Made by a program: the position numbers and the translations under genes
Shown: positions 62,368 through 64,000 of the stretch, piece after piece
Layout of the letters: the number at the start of each line of letters is the position of its first letter
How positions within the stretch are numbered: the stretch's first letter is position 1
Assembly: GCA_039831155.1 (NCBI GenBank)
Contig: JBDONT010000043.1
Coordinates: 1 to 64,000, forward strand
Reading direction: 5' to 3'
DNA length: 64,000 nucleotides
DNA from: Nautiliaceae bacterium
GTDB taxonomy: Bacteria; Campylobacterota; Campylobacteria; Campylobacterales; Nautiliaceae
The notes under the pieces: generated by a model
Told to the model about the DNA's origin: nothing
The model's input: the letters and a program-made list of their open reading frames with translations, nothing else
Databases searched by the model: none

Positions 62368-62913
62368 ATTCGTTACAATATTATTGAAAAAATAGGGGAA
62401 GGTAACAGAGGCGAAGTATATAAAGCCCGTTTGGAAGACGGGCGAATAGCAGCTATTAAATGGGCTAAAAATTATGAAATAGACAAAGAGTGGGAAATTT
62501 TAAAATATTTAGACGGATTTATAGCTCCAAAGCCTATTGAGAGGGGAAAGCGTTATTTTATAATGGAGTATATTGAGGGTAAACCTTTAAAAGAGTTTTT
62601 AGGAAGTGAAAAGTATTATGAAGTTTTGAAAAAATCTTTAATAGCAGCTTGCGAGCTTGATAAAAAGGGTGTTTTTCATTCTCAATTAGGCAGATATTAT
62701 CATATTTTTTATTCTGATAATGAAGTGAGGTTTATTGATTTTGAAAGAGCTGTATTTAGTAAAAACCCCAGAAATTTTATGCAGATGGTAGGATATTACT
62801 TGTTTAGGGATGAAAAATTTGATAAAAATAGTTTAAATAGAGTAATTGAGCTTTATAAATCCTCAAAAGAAGAGGGACTTAAATTGTTGTTAAAGGTAAT
62901 GGATGAGAGTTAA
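62368..62913 (+). CDS. Atypical Ser/Thr kinase-like protein; probable ATT start
   Basis: IGEGNRGEVY Gly loop upstream of the listed TTG, AIK, MEYIEG, HSQL, IDFERA. Confidence 0.75.
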   Translation: MRYNIIEKIGEGNRGEVYKARLEDGRIAAIKWAKNYEIDKEWEILKYLDGFIAPKPIERGKRYFIMEYIEGKPLKEFLGSEKYYEVLKKSLIAACELDKKGVFHSQLGRYYHIFYSDNEVRFIDFERAVFSKNPRNFMQMVGYYLFRDEKFDKNSLNRVIELYKSSKEEGLKLLLKVMDES

Positions 62914-63631
62914 TATTAAAAGATTTTTGAATTCAAAAACCTGGTTTGAAACGTTTAAAGTTGAATTTAAAGAGGATGAGACTATTTTGGAACTTCTTGA
63001 TAGATTAAAAAACAAAGAACGTTCTCTTACTTATAGAAGTTTTTGCAGAAGCAGTATTTGTGGAACTTGTGCCGTTAGGGTTAACGATAAAACGGTTTTA
63101 GCTTGTAAATCCAAAGTAAAAGATTTTTTGCAAAACGGTGAGCTTGTAATTGAGCCTGTGTTAAGAAGTAAAGTTATAAAAGATTTAGTGGTTAAGCACG
63201 ATTATATTGAAGAGGCAATTAGGAAAAATAAGTTATGGTTTGAAGATGAAATTAATCCTATTCAAGAAAATTTGCAAACCCCGGAAGAACTTAAAAAGTA
63301 TGATAAACAGACAGACTGTATTATGTGTATGGCTTGTTATTTTGAGTGTGAGGCACTTGATTATACTCCGGATTTTGCCGGACCTTTTATATTTACGAAA
63401 TATTTTAGGTTTGTGTTTGATAGCAGAGACAAAAGCAATAAACAACAAAGAATAGAACTTGCTAAAGAAAACGGGCTTTATAGTTGTATAAACTGTCAAA
63501 AATGTATTATGGTGTGTCCTAAAGAGATAGCGAGTGCTTTTGATATAAAAGCTTTACAAGCAAAAGATTCAAATCCTCCTACCCAGGATTTTGGATTTGG
63601 TGGGTTTGGAATGGATTTTAATAGTTTTTAA
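62903..63631 (+). CDS. Second succinate dehydrogenase/fumarate reductase Fe-S subunit paralog
   Basis: CRSSICGTC..C, CIMCMACYFEC, CINCQKCIMVCP. Confidence 0.88.
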   Translation: MRVNIKRFLNSKTWFETFKVEFKEDETILELLDRLKNKERSLTYRSFCRSSICGTCAVRVNDKTVLACKSKVKDFLQNGELVIEPVLRSKVIKDLVVKHDYIEEAIRKNKLWFEDEINPIQENLQTPEELKKYDKQTDCIMCMACYFECEALDYTPDFAGPFIFTKYFRFVFDSRDKSNKQQRIELAKENGLYSCINCQKCIMVCPKEIASAFDIKALQAKDSNPPTQDFGFGGFGMDFNSF

Positions 63632-63643
63632 ATAAGGATATAA

Positions 63644-64000
63644 ATGGCACGAGAACCTAGTGTGACTCCAATTTGGGAAGAGGTTGGATTTAAGGATGAG
63701 AATTTATCTAAAAAACATTTAATTACTAGAACAGATAAAGAGGGGATGATTACGTTTGTTTCTAAACTCTTTAGCGATATGAGCGGATATTTAAAAAACG
63801 AACTTTTAAATATTCCCCATAATATAGTAAGACACCCTTTTATGCCCGAATCTGCTTTTATGGACTTATGGGAAAGTATTTTGTGGGGAGGAGAGTGGAG
63901 AGGTCTTATAATGAATTTAAGAAAAGATAGAAGATATTTTTGGGTTGATACTAAAATTAATCCTATAGATAAAAACGGAGATTTGACTAATAATCCTGAA
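63644..64000 (+). CDS. PAS-domain protein (Aer/CetB-like), partial
   Basis: Hand translation ITRTDKEGMITFV..F..MSGY...EL...HNIVRHPFMP..AF.DLW..I..G..WRG...N.RKD..YFWV; runs off the window. Confidence 0.85.
   Translation, partial: MAREPSVTPIWEEVGFKDENLSKKHLITRTDKEGMITFVSKLFSDMSGYLKNELLNIPHNIVRHPFMPESAFMDLWESILWGGEWRGLIMNLRKDRRYFWVDTKINPIDKNGDLTNNPE

Overview
AT-rich chromosome window from a Campylobacterota bacterium, most likely a deep-sea vent Nautiliaceae member (inferred from gene content and order, not verified). Most of it is housekeeping genes (purH, trpD, lptB-rpoN, queC, argB, glmU-coaBC-uppS-pilD-lptF-truA, motAB-fliP, minDE, ilvC, hemL, queA, mutS2, uvrB, priA, argD) plus three tRNAs (Gln-UUG, initiator Met, Arg-CCU). 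Accessory or unusual parts: (1) the left end of an IS256-family element whose RBS and ATG sit in a read-through-blocking hairpin; (2) a DUF134 plus NifB/NifX-family operon with a perfect sigma70 promoter overlapped by two copies of a TGA(A/G)CATATG palindrome, divergent from a sulfide:quinone oxidoreductase-like gene; (3) a decayed island at tRNA-fMet with an orphan membrane-anchored PD-(D/E)xK-like nuclease; (4) a HEPN-MNT toxin-antitoxin pair; (5) a dispersed type IV pilus/competence set with a three-pilin cluster; (6) a type-E-like succinate dehydrogenase/fumarate reductase locus split by a tRNA, with two Fe-S subunit paralogs and an atypical kinase; (7) two genes that appear to need AUU start codons; (8) a GGDEF pseudogene. 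No CRISPR array or rRNA was seen. All calls come from reading motifs by eye; no searches were run.
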